A DNA stretch of 53,557 nucleotides from Nemertoderma westbladi (Eukaryota; Animalia; Xenacoelomorpha): the NCBI GenBank assembly GCA_032718475.1, contig JAUCBJ010004582.1, forward strand, positions 1-53,557, in the 5' to 3' direction. This document shows positions 36,426 through 49,883 of this stretch, one piece after another. The first letter of the stretch is position 1; every line of letters starts with the position of its first letter. Below the pieces are notes generated by a model, which did not search any database, had not been told where the DNA came from, and saw nothing but the letters and a program-made list of their open reading frames with translations. The position numbers and the translations under genes are program-made.

Positions 36426-36934
36426 TGTCCAAAACGGACTAAATATCGAAAGTGTTTATTCGACTCACCTAGCCTCTGATGTAGTAATGTGAGATAATAT
36501 ATGATTAATACATTGAATATTGGTTCACCTCTTACTCTACTTTAGCCCTCTACCCAATGGATGCTTCCCTGCTCCCTATCACGTGCTTCCCTCCCCACTA
36601 TTGGCTAATATACTACATCTCACCTTGGCACTCCCTGGGAGTGTTTCCCCTCCGCTGCTAGCCCCTATTAGCTGTATTCCCTCCGAGGTGGTTTGACCTC
36701 TCACCTCTCTCTATGGCTTTGGGGCTTGTGCCCCCCCCCCCCCCCCCAATGTTGGTTATGATACGAGATTAATATTGGTAATCTCGTATCCCCAACATAT
36801 TGCTAAAATGCCACTAGTCCCATTTTCTGGTGGGTAATGAAGTGGAATTGAATCCGCTTACAATAACACTCATAAGAGTTACAGACAGACTCGTAGCGGC
36901 ATCCGTTGGTTAGCCTCCCGTAAAAGCCTTGACA
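36426..36934 (-). repeat. Probable 5' LTR of the minus-strand BEL element (~509 bp)
   Basis: Minus strand reads TGTCAAGGCTTTTACGG...AATAAACAC...TTTTGGACA (TGTC/GACA termini). The start resembles the other element's LTR start. There is no partner LTR to confirm the inner boundary. Confidence 0.6.
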
Positions 36935-38250
36935 ACACTACCCCCCCCCCCCCCCACACTATTTGGCCCCCCTACACTACTCGGCCCCCCTACACTAATC
37001 GCCCCCCCTATATTATTCGGCCCCCTTACACTACTCGGCCCCCCTACACTACTTGACCCACCTACACTAATCGGCCCCCCTACACTAATCGGCCCCCCTA
37101 CACTACTTGGCCCCCCTAAACTACTCGGCCCCCCCTACACTACTCGGCCCCCATACACTACTCGGCCCCCTACACTACTTGGCCCCCCTTCACTACTCGG
37201 CCCTCCTACACTACTTGGCCCCCCTACACTACTCGACCCCCCTACACTACTCGACCCCCCTACACTACTCGACCCCCCTACACTACTCGACCCCCCTACA
37301 CTACTCGGCCCCCCTACACTACTTGGCCCCCCTACACTACTCGACCCCCCTTCACTACTTGGCCCCCCTACACTACTCGGTCCCTCTAGACTACTCGACC
37401 CCCCTACACTCCTCGGCCCCCCGACACTACTCGACCCCCCTACACTACTCGGCCCCCCTACACTACTTGGCCCCCCTACACTACTCGGCCCCCCTACACT
37501 ACTCGGCCCCCCTACACTACTCGGTCCCCCTACACTACTCGGCCCCCCTACACTACTCGGCCCCCCCTACACTAATCGGCCCCCCTACATTATCCGGCCC
37601 CCCTACACTACTCGGCCCCCCTACACTACTTGGCCCACCTACACTACTCGGCCCCCCTACACTAATCGGCCCCCCTACACTACTTGGCCCCCCTACACTA
37701 CTCGGCCCCCATACACTACTCGGCCCCCTACACTACTTGGCCCCCATACACTACTCGGCCACCCCTACACTACTCGGCCCCCCCCCTACACTACTCGACC
37801 CCCCTACACTACTTGGCCCACCTACACTACTCGGCCGCCCTAGGCTACTCGGCCCCCCTACACTACTTGGCCCCCCTACACTACTCGGCCCCCCTACACT
37901 ACTCGGCCCCCCTACACTACTCGGCCCCCCTACAATACTTGGCCCCCCTACACTACTCGGTCCCTCTAGACTACTCGACCCCCCTACACTACTCGGCCCC
38001 CCGACACTACTCGACCCCCCTACACTACTCGGCCCCCGTACGCTACTCGGCCCCCCTACACTACTTGGCCCCCCTACACTACTCGGCCCCCCTACACTAC
38101 TCGGCCCTCCTACACTACTCGGTCCCCCTACACTAATCGGCCCCCCTACACTACTCGCCCCCCCCCCCCCCCCTACACTACTCGACCCCCCTACACTAAT
38201 CGGCCCCCCTACACTACTAGCCCCCCCACCCCCCCCCCCCCCCCCCCAAC
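36935..38250. repeat. 18-bp minisatellite (ACACTACTCGGCCCCCCT)n, roughly 70 copies
   Basis: Directly visible tandem array. Confidence 0.97.
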
Positions 38251-38308
38251 CAGCGACCAATCTAGCGCAGTTGATAAAGCTTACAATTATTGTCGCAATT
38301 ATTATATT

Positions 38309-38547
38309 GTAACTCAGTTGGTTAAGCACCCGGCCTGCAATATATGTTCGAGATCGAGACCCGCCAGGGTACACTCAGTCTTTTTACACTTCATCCCCTA
38401 CTGTCGATAAAATGAGGACCAGTTGACTTACTTGGAGCAAAACTTGGGAAAGGTGAAGCGCCCACTTCACCCCTTCCTTCGGGTTGCAGCTATTGAAAGA
38501 GGAGCATTCAGGACGCCCCCAGCCTCGGTCGACTGTTAGCTTGATAT
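38309..38547 (+). mobile_element. tRNA-derived SINE, copy 2 (diverged)
   Basis: Colinear with 29903-30132: GGCCTGCAAT, CCAGGGT.CACTCAG, GTCGATAAAATGAG.ACCAG, GAAAGAGGAGC and ACTGTT.GCTTGATAT. Confidence 0.75.
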
Positions 38548-38602
38548 TCTATACAGTAGTCTATCTTCATTGAGTTCATTGCGTTTGGATTATTGCTTAG
38601 AG

Positions 38603-38645
38603 AGCTACTACTACGATTGGCATGCCTTGCATTGCAGCTGCATTA
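38603..38645 (-). mobile_element. Tiny RTE-type 3'-end remnant
   Basis: Minus strand AATGCAGCTGCAATGCAAGGCATGCCAATCGTAGTAGTAG matches the 3' UTR of the RTE fragment at 51599-51634. Confidence 0.55.
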
Positions 38646-38689
38646 TATATATATTGCATATATATTAAGAATGCTGTGCAGATCGGTGC

Positions 38690-39145
38690 AAATCGGTACC
38701 ACATCGGACCAAATTGGCACCACATCTGACCCAATCTGTACCACATCGGTCCTAATGGGTACCACATCGGACCCAATCGGTACCACATCGGACCCCAATC
38801 GGTACCACATCGAACCAAATCGGCACCACATCGGACCAAATCGGTACCACATCGGTCATAATGGGTACCACATCGGACCCAATCGGTACCACATCGGACG
38901 CAATCGGTACCACATCGGACCCAATCGGTACCAGATCGGATCCAAAAGGTATCACACCAGACCCAAGTGGTGACATCGGACCCCATAGGGAACACACCGG
39001 TCTCAAAAAGGTTCCAAGCCAGACTCAAAAGGTACCATCACGAGCCCAAAAGGTACTACACTGGACTCAATCGGTACCACACACTGGTCTCAATATATTC
39101 CACACTAGACAAAAAAGGTACCAGTCCGAACCAAAGGTACTGGTC
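38690..39145. repeat. 21-bp minisatellite (TCGGTACCACATCGGACCCAA)n, degenerating rightwards
   Basis: Visible tandem array. Confidence 0.92.
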
Positions 39146-39299
39146 GCAATAAGCACTACACTGCCACACAATAAACAAATAAATTTGAGAGATGTTTCTA
39201 TACTGCTGCAATATTGGCATACAGAGGAGACCTGCAGAAGCAACAAAGGCTTCACTAACTCTCGGCCAAAGGTGTGGTACTACATATTTGCTCAGCTCA

Positions 39300-39520
39300 A
39301 ACTGGACGCAATAAAAATTCCTCCCTCTCCAGGGGAAATTCGACGCAAATAACAGCTGATTACTATGAGAAATAATAATTGTGTTTAGTTTATTGTTTTG
39401 GTTAAATTAACGTGCCACTGCAACCTGCTCCTTTCCCTAATAAATTTAGATTATAACATTTTTATGGATTTTAAAGATTTTAATTGCCAAGATGGGGTTT
39501 TGCGTCCAGTGCCCCCCCCC
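39300..39520. mobile_element. MITE-like dispersed repeat (inverted copy at 48646-48880)
   Basis: Terminal ACTGGACGCAA...TTGCGTCCAGT. The core TTGTTTTGGTTAAA.TAACGTGCCACTG.AACCTGCTCCTTTCCCTAA is the reverse complement of 48712-48765. Confidence 0.65.
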
Positions 39521-39867
39521 CCCCCCCCCCCCCCTCAAATGATTACAAACAATGCATTGATAAAGTTTTCTCTTTCAAACCGCTAGCCTTCAGGCGGCAG
39601 ATTGGAGAACTGAAGATTGACTCGTGCACATGTTATATGAAATATAGTACAGTATAGTATAATTAAACAAATACAATAACTGCCAAGATCATGTCTATAC
39701 TGTATATCACAACATAATCGATAAACACTTTATTGCGTGGAGTGAATTGATATTTAACCAGCCCAATTTAACCGCCCATCTAACTTTACTTCCTACACCC
39801 ACATCTATCTATATATACATACGGCCCACATAAAGCACAAGTCTTTCCTGCAGTACTTAAATATGGT

Positions 39868-40580
39868 TACGCGAACTTTTTTCCAATGAGCGTGGATCAA
39901 CTGCGAACTTTGTTCCAATGGTTGCGAACTTTGTTCCAATGGTTGCGAACTTTGTTCCAATGGTTGCGAACTTTGTTCCAATAGATGCGAACTTTGATCC
40001 AATAGATGCGAACTTTTTTCCAATGGTTGCGAACTTTGTTCCAATGGTTGCGAACTTTGTTCCAATGGTTGCGAACTTTGTTCCAATGGTTGCGAACTTT
40101 GTTCCAATAGATGCGAACTTTGATCCAATAGATGCGAACTTTGTTCCAATGGTTGCGAACTTTGTTCCAATGGTTGCGAACTTTGTTCCAATGGTTGCGA
40201 ACTTTGTTCCAATGGTTGCGAACTTTGTTCCAATAGATGCGAACTTTGTTCCAATGGTAGCGAAATTTGTTTCAATGGTAGTGAACTATGTTCCAATGGT
40301 AACGAACTTTGTTCTAATGGTTGCGAACTTTGTTCCAATGGTTGCGAACTTTGTTCCAATGGTTGCGAACTTTGTTCCAATAGATGCGATCTTTGTTCCA
40401 ATAGTTGCGGACTTTGTTCCAATGGTTGCGAACTTTGTTCCAATAGATGCGAACTTTGTTCCAATGGTTGCGAACTTTGTTCCAATGGTTGCGAACTTTG
40501 TTCCAATGGTTGCGAACTTTGTTCCAATAGATGCGAACTTTTTTTCCAATAAATTATAGACGCGAACTTAGTTCCAAAAA
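39868..40580. repeat. 21-bp minisatellite (GCGAACTTTGTTCCAATGGTT / ...AATAGAT)n
   Basis: About 32 tandem units with two recurring variants. Confidence 0.97.
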
Positions 40581-42009
40581 ATGCGGACGATTAAACTAAC
40601 TGATGAAAATAAGGTTAGGCCATAACGGTTAAACTAACTGAGAAACAAAGTGTAGTGCATAACCATTAAACTAACTGAGTAACGAATGTTAGGACATATA
40701 AACTGCTTTAGTTTCAGAAAATTAAAAATATTGCTTCTGCTTTTAAATTTGTTTATATCAAGTGTAAAATATTTATCAGCATACTGTAGCTTGGTTAAAT
40801 TTATAAAGGCTTGACTGGGCGGCATGTTAATTCAACAACTGTACAACTAGGCGGCAAAAATGCTGCCCATTGGCAAAGTTAAACGAGGCCATGTTCATGT
40901 TGACCTATGGAATGAAAAGAATAATTTAATTATAACTTACCGCCAGGTGTACTGAAACTGCAAGTCAGAAAGTACAGTACAGAATAAACCATCTGTATTG
41001 TTACAGTGTCTGTCAATCACTCTAATGCTCTGTGGGATTCCAACAGTAGCGTGGCCAATAGATGTTTGAAGTAGCCGCCCTACTCTTTGAGCTTAGTCTA
41101 CCCGCCTAGCCGCTCTGCTCTTTATTCCTTTAGGTATGGATAAGCCTGCCCTACTAACCCATGGCATCTCTGCACAGAGGGATACTTCGGCTCTACATTT
41201 TCAATCTGTTAAATCTGATCAATCTAGATAGAAAGTCTGGATTGAAGAAGTTGAAAGTAGGTTCAATTTGATGAATTGAATCTAACTATTATTTTTCTAT
41301 GGGACTAGATTGACTGAGATTGATTGAGATTGAAGAATGGACTTTAATTGTGAACAGGACTGTACTATAATAATTATTTTTGTTTCAAATTTGCTAGAGC
41401 CGGCAGCCTGGTGTTTGAGTTATAAAGCGGACAAACTGAATGTAAATCACAGTATATTATAAAGTACACATGTTTTCACTCCTACATTTCCTATAATTAA
41501 TGGACTACTCGTCTATTAACGTATGATTCACTCCCTTTGATTGACTCTACAGTATAAACGCATTTACACAACATTACACACCATTTAATCATAATCACTA
41601 TTATTATCTCTATAATGACATTTTTTTCTAAAAATAGTATACTACTACTGTATATATAGTAGGCATTCTCAGGTGCCATGGGTCATTTAAAATAGACAAT
41701 AAATTTGTTACTTGTTCATCGTTGGCCTATAAAGTAGATTAATATTTAATTTTATTAGGAGCGAAACTGAGAAGAAGATTTTATTGAAAATCTGTATTAA
41801 ATATTATATAACTCCACAGATCTAGAGTACACTGTAGGAAGGAGTCCCAATTCCTAGTGAGTAGAGTTGTTACAGTACAACATCTATAGTACCTACATAC
41901 ATCACTTTATGTGAAGGACGATTTTATAAATTATTGAAATGAAATATATGCCAGCACCTTCACCATCATAAACAACTTAATCTGTTAAGGGTTCCTATTG
42001 ACCTTAAAA

Positions 42010-42210
42010 CACTATGCCGCCATATGAAATATAGGCCTAACTGCTAAAAATAACTTTTTCTTTCTGAGCACTTTCTACCGGAAGTAGCCTACCATGTAGG
42101 CCGTTAGCAGTTAGCCTACCTACAATTGTATCGTTAGGCTACACCTCACAAGGCTTATTGGCTGTGGTTAGACCTAGCAGCCTGGCAGTCAGCAGTAACG
42201 TGATTTAGGC
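42010..42210. promoter_or_regulatory. Candidate housekeeping-type promoter
   Basis: Clustered YY1-like GCCGCCAT (~42017), ETS CCGGAAGT (~42078) and reverse CCAAT box ATTGG (~42157), about 3.5 kb upstream of RhoA copy 1. Confidence 0.25.
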
Positions 42211-42841
42211 TGTTAGGTAGGTCCTACTGCAAATTTAATACTGTAATAGGGCCTACAGGCTACAGCACTGCAGCATGGCTGCAGACATGACCTACTGTCT
42301 ATATTTTTCAAGTTCCAGTTTTCAATTTTATTACACTTACAGACTTACTGTCAGACTGTCAGACTGTTACAGTGTTAGTCATACTGCTGTACTGCCCTAC
42401 TGTCTTACCGGTATGCGGTCTGGCACTGCCTGACTGGCTGTACACAGGCTGACAGGTACAGACTGACAGAAGAGTACCGGTAATGCATTTCTGGAAATAC
42501 AGTTGTACTGGACCGGTCTTCAGCAGTCATAGGGCTAGGTTGCTACAGTCTGACAGTCAGACTGTCAGACAGTGCTAGGTAGTTTGCGGTAGCCTTACTG
42601 CCTTAGCGGTGTATACCGCGGTAGCGGTAGTGAGTTATAGCTGTATAGTTCATTCATACCCATACTGCAGTACTGCCATAGGCCTACCTGTGGTATTTTC
42701 GTATGGCAAAAATAAGACTACCGGTCTGCCGGTACTGCAGTACTGTAAACTGTAGGTAACCTATTATGTTATTGAGTTAATGTTTATCAGTTTATTGACT
42801 AACAAGCCGGTACAGCATTCTTAATAGGGGCCTATATATAT

Positions 42842-42878
42842 AATGCGCTGCAATGCAGCATGCCGATTGTAGTAGTTG
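42842..42878 (+). mobile_element. Tiny RTE-type 3'-end remnant
   Basis: AATGCGCTGCAATGCAGCATGCCGATTGTAGTAG matches 51599-51634. Confidence 0.55.
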
Positions 42879-43288
42879 TATGTGGTGAGGTGATAGCGAT
42901 AGGGCTGGCTGTAGCAGTGTAGGGCTCCTTCAATAGGTAAAGTCAAAAGTAGCCGTTTATTGTTTTAGTTAGAAAAGCCTGCCTCTGTAACCTGTTCCTT
43001 TCCCTCAATTGGTTTATGATTATGAAATGTGTTACTTCTTACTTCTGTACTTACTGACTTATTATCTGATTATGTGGAGACCCCAACACGTATTTGTTGG
43101 AGCATAATCTAATCTAGTCCTAAAGACTCTAAAGTCCTGGGTATATAAGGCTGTAAGGTTAGACAACATGAATGTAAATTGTAAACTAAACAATACTGCA
43201 ATATGCTAAAAGTAAAGTACAAAGTACCTAGAATGCTAGAATGTACCATTATCAGATTATATTCTAAGTACAGTACACTGAAGGAAGA

Positions 43289-44497
43289 GTGTCCTACTAA
43301 ATACTACAAAAAGCACAAAACAAGCACAAAAAAGTCAAGAAAAGCACAAAAAAGCACAAAAAAAGCACAAAAAAGGTTAAAAAAAGCACAAAAATGTAAA
43401 AAAAAGCACAAAAAAGCAAACTGATCGTTCATTGAGCTTGTAATAGAACAGATGATAGAAGCAATATCATGTAGTGCAGTAGTGTCTAGGCTACCAGAAG
43501 GATAATCACATGTCCAGTATGCTTTCATGTCATATAGCTGCCAGTGAGTGAGCACCAGCCAGCCAGCACGAGCACTTACATAGGTACAGCCCTACCACGA
43601 GCACCCAAGTGCAATATCAGGCTAATGTCAGAATGTAAAGATGGTTCAATTCAAATATCAGGATAGAACTTATAATACTGTAGGCCTAATAGACTTTGTT
43701 ATTGTCACATTATGTCAACTTATCAGCGTTCTGGTTAATTACTTTAATTTATTCACCGATAAATCGACATACTGCTGTACTGTACAATTATCACATCACG
43801 GTCTGCCCGAACCTCTCGAGTGGGTGATCGATAACGTCTGAGGACAAGTATGATGATATTAGTCATAGTCATACTTGCAAGAATCTCGCTTAGGTTGGAA
43901 CTGCCTTGGTTACGATATCTGCGTCTGTTCAGCTGTTGGAAACACAGTTCCTGCCTGGGTTTAACCACTGCTGTTGTAACACTACTGTATACTTTGAAAT
44001 TTCTATAACTGCCAGATTGTTTGCAATGTTGTTTAGGAGTTCATGCGTACTTATCTTATATGTCAATATTCTATTTTATTTTACCTTAATTAACGACCCC
44101 CATGAGTGCCTTAGATCCTGGGTGTTCTTTCCCACGATCGTAATTTACTGTAGTTTTATTAAGCTATTAATCTATACTGTATGTGTTTTATTATGTTTAT
44201 TTTCTTATTATATTTATTATGGTTATTTACATACTGTAGGTCAGAACATTGCAAATTAATCAATCATAGGCGTATGGGTTACCTTCGTATGAGGGGGGTG
44301 TCTGTAACAATATCTCTTATATTTTCGCCCCCCCCCCCCCCCATGTCTCTTGATGTGAGAATGTTTTTTTGTGCTTTTTTTTTACTTTTTTGTGCTTTTT
44401 TTTAATTTTTTGTGCTTGTTTGTGCTTTTCTGTGCTTTTCTTGACTTTGTGCTTTTTTGTGCTTGTTTTGTGCTTTTTGTAGTATTTAGTAGGACCC
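43289..44497. mobile_element. Non-autonomous Mutator/MULE-type element (1209 bp)
   Basis: TIRs of ~135 bp, G(T/G)GTCCTACTAAATACTACAAAAAGCAC..., built of AAAAGCAC repeats. Perfect 9-bp TSD GAAGGAAGA (43280-43288 and 44498-44506). Confidence 0.88.
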
Positions 44498-45648
44498 GAA
44501 GGAAGATACATACAGAGCTGCAAAGGTAACTTTCCATAACCTAATAGCTGTCTGGCTGTCTCTCATCTGTCATGCTTCATGCAGTCGTGTACCTTTAAGT
44601 TTGATTCTCAATGTCACGTCCAAAATTGGACTTTTGTAAAAATTCAAAGCCTTATTAAAAAAGTTCCCCCTGGTGAATTTCAGGTCCCCCTGTTCAAAAC
44701 TCTTTGGACTTGAACTGGAGTCGAAGTCCAATTTTGGACTTCTCACCGACTGACAGATGACCACAGATAGTAAGTAAGAAGTGCACAGACAAACACACGC
44801 TGGAGATTTCTATATCACAGTATCAGTATGCCCTATATACAGTATACCAGTATACTGTAGTAAAGTACTGTAGATTTGGGGTAGGCCTACCGGTCAGCCG
44901 GTAGAAGATACAAAAATACACCGGGAGTGAGAATACCCTACTGCTCTAGGTGCTAGGGGAATTTAACCGGGGATGGATTTACACAGAGTGAAAATTGGTA
45001 AATGCAAGTATAAGTATTCACTGGCAGACTGGAGGCCCGGAGGGGGTTAAAAAATACCGGTATACGGGCTGGCGGGTAAATACACCCTGAGAATGAGAAT
45101 ACACTAGGGAATTTTAACCGGCAGACCGGGGAGTGATTTTTCACAGGGAATGAAAATTATATGTTACACTACACTGGTTTCAAATTCTATTAAATGGTGT
45201 GCTTGTCATTGCCAGATTGCTTGTACAATAGATGTAGAGCTTGCTGGCTTGTACTGGCTTGTAGCTGAAGGCCTATGAAGTAGGCCTAGTTATTGTAAAT
45301 AATATAATAAAATCCGAAAACGTGAATTAGAGCTAAAATGTGCCTGGCTTCTGCTTTGAGCTGTTGAGGACTAGTGGAAGTACAGCAAAAATATGTCCGG
45401 AGTTATAATATGTATAATCGCAGTTTGTGACTGACAAATAGTGCTGCCGTGCTGTAATTATGTGAACAATTTTTGTCTGAAATCCAGCTGCCAGCCAGAA
45501 AGTGAGCAATGTTCCTAACTGTATTGTGTGGGTGGGGTACGGTAAATCTACACTGTAATTAGAACCACGGTTGATGTTTTAGGCCTATCTATCCACTGTA
45601 TACCTACCGGTAGAGCTTTTGTGTTGAAGGCACAAACAATATATCTAA

Positions 45649-46233
<585 letters not shown>

Positions 46234-47359
46234 ACTATCTAGCTAGCTGGTTCTAATTTATATAAACTGAAACTTTCATATTTATATATTGGTGTGGTTC
46301 ACAGAATTTTCTTGAATATATATATATATATACTATACTATACTGGATTGCATAGAAATTTTGATTTTTTTGTCATTTATTTCAAACCTTGTTTTGTTGT
46401 GTTCCGATCTGTTTATTATCAGTATTAATTATTTAAAATAACCAAACATGTAGACCCATATAATATTTATTTCGAGCTTCTAATTAACAGTTGTATGTAC
46501 CGGTATCATAATATTATCTAATGTTTATAATTTATAATATTGATTTCGTGTATTAAATTTGTTTTGTCAATGTCAGAGTAATGATTGATTAATTAGGAAA
46601 GTCTTATTGTGGATCAAAAATGCCATTTTCTAGCTCCCTTATTACACTCATCGATGTAATAGTATATTCGAAAAAAAACCGTCAGTCAGACTATGCATAT
46701 TTGTTGATGCTTAGTATCAGTATATAACCGCACCATGCATGTAATAAGCAAAATATTATCAGGATAAAAATTTATAGAAAGTGGGAATATAATTATATAG
46801 GCCTGGCCTATTTGTTGTTCTTGAATAAATTTATATACGGTAATTTATATAGCATAATAATATAAAGTTATATAATATAAAATTACATAATATATATAGC
46901 ATTATAATAAATATAGTGTCTCATAATAACATAAAATGATATAATATATATATATATATAGTGAACACTGAATCTGAAATTAAACAAACACTGAAGTTAT
47001 TTAGCTCGATAACCAGTAATCTAAAACTTGAAAGTATACATTGTTTTCGCACATTTATATTTAATAATCCTAGAGGAAAAACGCCTAAAATAATTCCAAC
47101 AAGAGTTATTAGAAATTTCCAATTCAATAAAAATAATTCACACACAGCATTTACAGGAATCGTGTTAAAGAAATTGAGAATTGCGAAATCCACAGGCTCA
47201 AATCAATTTGGTGCACACCACCTCCTCCTTTTCAACCGTTTCTAATTGTCATTCTACGGCTAGCTGCGTATCAGTACCTATTGCGTGACTGACTGATTTT
47301 TTGGTTATAGAGTGACTACTGACTGTCTGAACATGTGACTACTAACCGTCTGACCATAT

Positions 47360-47520
47360 GGTTTCCCTCAATTGGTAAAGTGATCGTTTATTGTTTTGGT
47401 TAGAAAAGCCTGCATCTCTCTCTAACCTTGTCCTTTCCCTCAATTGGTAAAGTGTCCGTGTATTGTTTTGGTTAGAAAAGGCTGCCTCTGAAACCTGCTC
47501 CTTTCCCTCAATTGGCTGAT
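47360..47520. repeat. Short tandem/dispersed ~71-bp repeat
   Basis: TATTGTTTTGGTTAGAAAAG.CTGC...CCTTTCCCTCAATTGG occurs twice here and once at ~42958-43015. It is related to the core of the 39300/48646 repeat. Confidence 0.7.
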
Positions 47521-48053
47521 TAGTATACATATATTTATATATAAATATAAATAAAGTACCGGTATAAGTCTTTTCCCACGGGACAGGGAAAACACTATTT
47601 CCACTTTTTCCACACTATAAATGGGCAATTTTGAATAAAAAAACACAAATGGTGTTTGGCACAACAGCTGAATTTATAGGCATATATTATGTTGTAAACT
47701 GAAGCTGAATTAACAGGCGATCCGGAACCCGACAATGCAACTTAACTTACAGCCATTGTCTAGTGTCTAGTGGAGACATCATGGCCCTAAGTTTGATCCC
47801 AGGATGGAGGAGAAATGGCCGCATGCTTTTAATGCTGCAGCCTGGCACTACCATAGCACTTATAACCTTATTAACTGTTTGATAAATGGGAACTAAGGTA
47901 ACTGGGATACTATGCGGAAGGGTTTACTGTGGAATATCATACATGGTGAAAAGGCATTTCCGACGTTATTAACCAAAATATTCTACCTTAATTTATTCTT
48001 TATATATATATATGGTGACTCATAATGGTTTTATAGTCACTTGTAGTATATAT

Positions 48054-48532
48054 TAGTGTTTAAATAGGATCAGACTTATCGGAATTTCCGGGATCGGGAC
48101 CGGGATTGCCGCTCTCTAGATCCCGATTTTCGAGATCGGGATTGCAATTTTGAATAAAATTTTCGTAAAGTTTTCAGTTCGGTATATATTGCTGTGTTAA
48201 TAAAAGAACGTGTTTTTGGCAAAATTATATCACTTTATTTCGTACTGTTGAAATATTAGTAAGATACAATTATATTATAATTTAATTATAGTTGATTACT
48301 GGATGGTTTACAAACACCAGTAATCAGACAATTCGATATAATCAATACATTTATATTCTGGTTCAACTATATATCCATCGGATATTTAAAGAAATTTATT
48401 TAAAGAAATTTATTCTCTCTATCTATACTATTTATACTTCGGGATCCCGTTCCAAAAGTCTGTATGGGGACCGAGATTGCAAAATTCGCCGGGATCTCGG
48501 TTTTTCGGGAGCATGATCCCGTGTAAACACTA
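48054..48532. mobile_element. hAT-like MITE
   Basis: TIR TAGTGTTTA/TAAACACTA with CGGGAT/ATCCCG subterminal repeats at both ends. The candidate TSD matches at only 5/8. Confidence 0.55.
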
Positions 48533-48645
48533 GATTACATTAATTGTGTGTTTGGGATAATAAAAATTATTTTGAATACCGAAAATTATATAAATGATTT
48601 CAAATTTCAATAATAGCGCTGATTAATCTCTCAGAGCTAGAGACA

Positions 48646-48880
48646 GGGGGGAAACTGGACGCAAATACCGCCACTTGGCGAGTTAATATCCCACCTCAAT
48701 GTTAAATTCTCAATTTAGGGAAAGGAGCAGGTTACAGTGGCACGTTATTTTAACCAAAACAATAAACTAAACACAATAGAACAGGTTACAGTTTTATTTT
48801 AGAGAATAATCAGCTGTTATATGCTTCGAATTTCCCTTGGAGGGGGTAGAATTTTTATGGCGTCCAGTTCCCCCCCCCCC
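48646..48880. mobile_element. MITE-like dispersed repeat (same family as 39300-39520)
   Basis: Inverted termini GGGGGAAACTGGACGC...GCGTCCAGTTCCCCCC and a shared core. Confidence 0.65.
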
Positions 48881-49206
48881 CCCCCCCCCCCCCCCTATCT
48901 GCAAAACTAATAACTTTTCTACGGCACGTCGCCATCGCTACACACTGACAATCACCACCCATATAGGCAAACTGTTTTGTAATGTGTTATGTAATGTTTT
49001 ATTATAAAATATTAATAAATAATATTGTTATTACTAAAAAGCTATACATCATGACCTAACTATCTACAGTACATATAAACAATTCAATTTGATCTTGTTT
49101 AATTATTTCATTTACATATAAAATTTATTTGATATTTTTCACGATACATTCTGGTTCTAGTTGATTATATGCTATCAATAAATATATTGGATGCGAATTC
49201 ATCTGA

Positions 49207-49791
<585 letters not shown>

Positions 49792-49883
49792 ACTATCTAG
49801 CTAGCTGGTTGTAATTTATATTATATATATACCGATAATGACTATTATTATATTTGGTGTGGACATCAGGACATAGGTGTCAA

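Larger units (their letters stand above)
26909..36934 (-). mobile_element. BEL/Pao LTR retrotransposon (minus strand): 5' LTR plus gag-pol; its 3' part probably continues at 6348-4556
   Basis: Domain order Gag-PR-RT-RNase H-IN with BEL-type motifs. No 3' LTR is found in the window. Confidence 0.9.

Noticed and set aside
36929-38374. Long Pro-rich and Gly-rich ORFs (PPTLLG, YTTRPP, GGPSSV repeats)
   Set aside because: They are translations of an 18-bp minisatellite, open in several frames on both strands, with frame switches at C-run slippage.
39805-40559. ORFs of LEQSSQP and MVANFVP repeats
   Set aside because: They are an artefact of a 21-bp tandem repeat and have no unique coding flanks.
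43203-43555. Lys-rich histone H1-like ORF and its hydrophobic antisense ORF
   Set aside because: They are translations of the AAAAGCAC repeats in the MULE TIR.
44900-45175. Repeated GGGAATTTAACCGG / GAGAATAC motifs, possibly a small MITE
   Set aside because: No matching TIR pair or TSD could be defined.
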